DNA of 64,000 bases from Polyangiales bacterium. Lineage in GTDB: Bacteria; Myxococcota_A; Polyangia; Polyangiales; Ga0077539. The stretch spans positions 64,001 through 128,000 of the forward strand of contig JBGARZ010000001.1 of assembly GCA_044229975.1 (NCBI GenBank), given 5' to 3'. The notes below the pieces were generated by a model. It was given only the letters and a program-made list of their open reading frames with translations, had not been told where the DNA came from and made no database searches. A program made the position numbers and the translations under genes. How positions within the stretch are numbered: the first letter of the stretch is position 1; each line of letters begins with the position of its first letter. Of the stretch, positions 62,718 to 64,000 are shown piece by piece.

Positions 62718-64000
62718 GTGACCCGCGGATCGAAGCTCGCCGACGTCGAAAACACGCGCACGATCCAGCCCGAGCGGCTGGTGGGCCCGACCATCCGCGG
62801 CATCCGCGTCACCGTGGTGAGCGGCCCCGACGTGGGCGTCGACAGCGTGCTCGCGCTCAACCGCGGCATCCTGGGCCGCAGCCAGGGATGCGACGTGCGC
62901 CTCTCCGACCCGACCATCTCGGCCTTCCACGTCGAGCTCCACGCCGTCGACGACCAGGCCGCCATCCACGTCAAAGACCTCTCGTCGCGCAACGGCACCC
63001 GCTACGCCGGGGCGCGCATCGAAGCCGCGCTGCTCCCCTCGGGCGCGACCGTGGAGGTGGGCAGCTCGGTGGTGCGCATCCAGCTCGACGCGGCGGTGGA
63101 GACCCCGCTGCCGGACATCCACTCCTTCGGCGAGCTGCGCGGCCGCAACGGCGCGATGCGCGAGATGTTCTCCACGCTCCAGCGGCTCGCGCGCACGGAG
63201 CTCTCGATTCTCATCGAGGGGCAGACGGGGACGGGCAAGGAGCTCGCGGCGCGCGCCGTCCATGACGCGAGCCTCTACGGGCAGGGGCCCTTCGCGGTGC
63301 TCGACTGCACGGCCATTCCGTCGACGCTGGCGGAGAGCGTTCTGTTCGGCCACGAGCGCGGCGCGTTTACGGGAGCGAGCGAGCGGCGCATCGGCATCTT
63401 CGAGGCGGCCGAGGGCGGGACGGTCTTCCTCGACGAGGTGGGCGAGCTCCCGCTGGAGCTGCAACCCAAGTTGTTGCGCGTGCTCGAACGCCGCGAGGTC
63501 GTCCGCGTCGGCAGCACGACGCCGAAGCCGGTGCAGGTGCGGGTCATCTCCGCGACGTGGCGCGACCTGCGGCAGATGATCAACCACGGCCGCTTCCGCG
63601 AAGACCTCTACTACCGGCTCGCGCAGGCGCGAGTGACCATTCCGCCTCTGAAGGAGCGCGCGGACGACATCCCGACGCTCGTCTACCACTTCCTCCAGCG
63701 GCTCCCGCCCAACACCCAGGGGGCGCGCGCCATCTCGCCGGAGGCGCTGCAAGAGCTCATGCGCCGCGAGTACGCGGGCAACATCCGTGAGCTGAAGAGC
63801 GCCGTCGAGCGCGCGGCGATGATGGCCGAAGGCGCCGTCATCACGCCGGCCGACCTGGCCTTCGAGCGCATCCTGTCGGGCGAGCGCGCCAAGGCGCAGA
63901 CCATCAGCGCGCCGACGGCGGTGGCGCCGCCGGGGTCCGACCCGCAGCAGCCGCTCACGCCTTTCAAGGACGCCAAGCGAACGCTCATCGACGAGTTCGA
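62718..64000 (+). CDS. FHA-domain sigma-54 enhancer-binding protein (truncated at window edge)
   Basis: Not in the ORF track; translated by hand from GTG 62718. FHA LGRSQGCD...ISAFH...DLSSRNGT. AAA+ GQTGTGKE, ESVLFGHERGAFTGA, FLDEVGE, FREDLYYRL and GNIREL. Confidence 0.93.
   Translation, partial: MTRGSKLADVENTRTIQPERLVGPTIRGIRVTVVSGPDVGVDSVLALNRGILGRSQGCDVRLSDPTISAFHVELHAVDDQAAIHVKDLSSRNGTRYAGARIEAALLPSGATVEVGSSVVRIQLDAAVETPLPDIHSFGELRGRNGAMREMFSTLQRLARTELSILIEGQTGTGKELAARAVHDASLYGQGPFAVLDCTAIPSTLAESVLFGHERGAFTGASERRIGIFEAAEGGTVFLDEVGELPLELQPKLLRVLERREVVRVGSTTPKPVQVRVISATWRDLRQMINHGRFREDLYYRLAQARVTIPPLKERADDIPTLVYHFLQRLPPNTQGARAISPEALQELMRREYAGNIRELKSAVERAAMMAEGAVITPADLAFERILSGERAKAQTISAPTAVAPPGSDPQQPLTPFKDAKRTLIDEF

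Overview
Very GC-rich chromosomal window, most likely from a myxobacterium (Myxococcota, Polyangiales-like). This assignment is inferred from the Hanks kinases, FHA proteins, Cys-rich lipoproteins, the ACIII-caa3 operon and pilBTCS. It holds about 50 genes. I found no rRNA, tRNA, CRISPR array or mobile element. Housekeeping genes: glnE, alaS, hisIE, cysK-cysE, a second cysteine synthase/CBS-like enzyme, fpr, mutS, nadC-birA and pgsA. There is a complete alternative complex III (actABCDEF, an actG-position gene and SCO) in one operon with an A2-type caa3 oxidase. The type IV pilus block pilB-pilT-pilC-pilS lacks an adjacent pilR/pilA. The most notable observations are: (1) a translationally coupled Cache-HAMP adenylate cyclase / Zn-ribbon Ser/Thr kinase-receiver / secreted LysM-FecR operon, whose last gene is missing from the ORF track; (2) an ECF sigma cassette with an outer-membrane protein and a disintegrin-like lipoprotein; (3) a recurring TANNNT -10 box 6-8 nt before SD-less start codons, suggesting widespread leaderless mRNAs; (4) a family of lipoproteins with Asp-periodic stalks and disulfide-rich heads; (5) FHA proteins with Thr-containing N-terminal tails plus a TPR-FHA/kinase pair next to pilB; (6) a 15-residue insertion inside the CuA ligand loop. 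Many starts were corrected from the ORF track using start/stop overlaps and motif context. All functional calls come from motif recognition by eye, not database searches.
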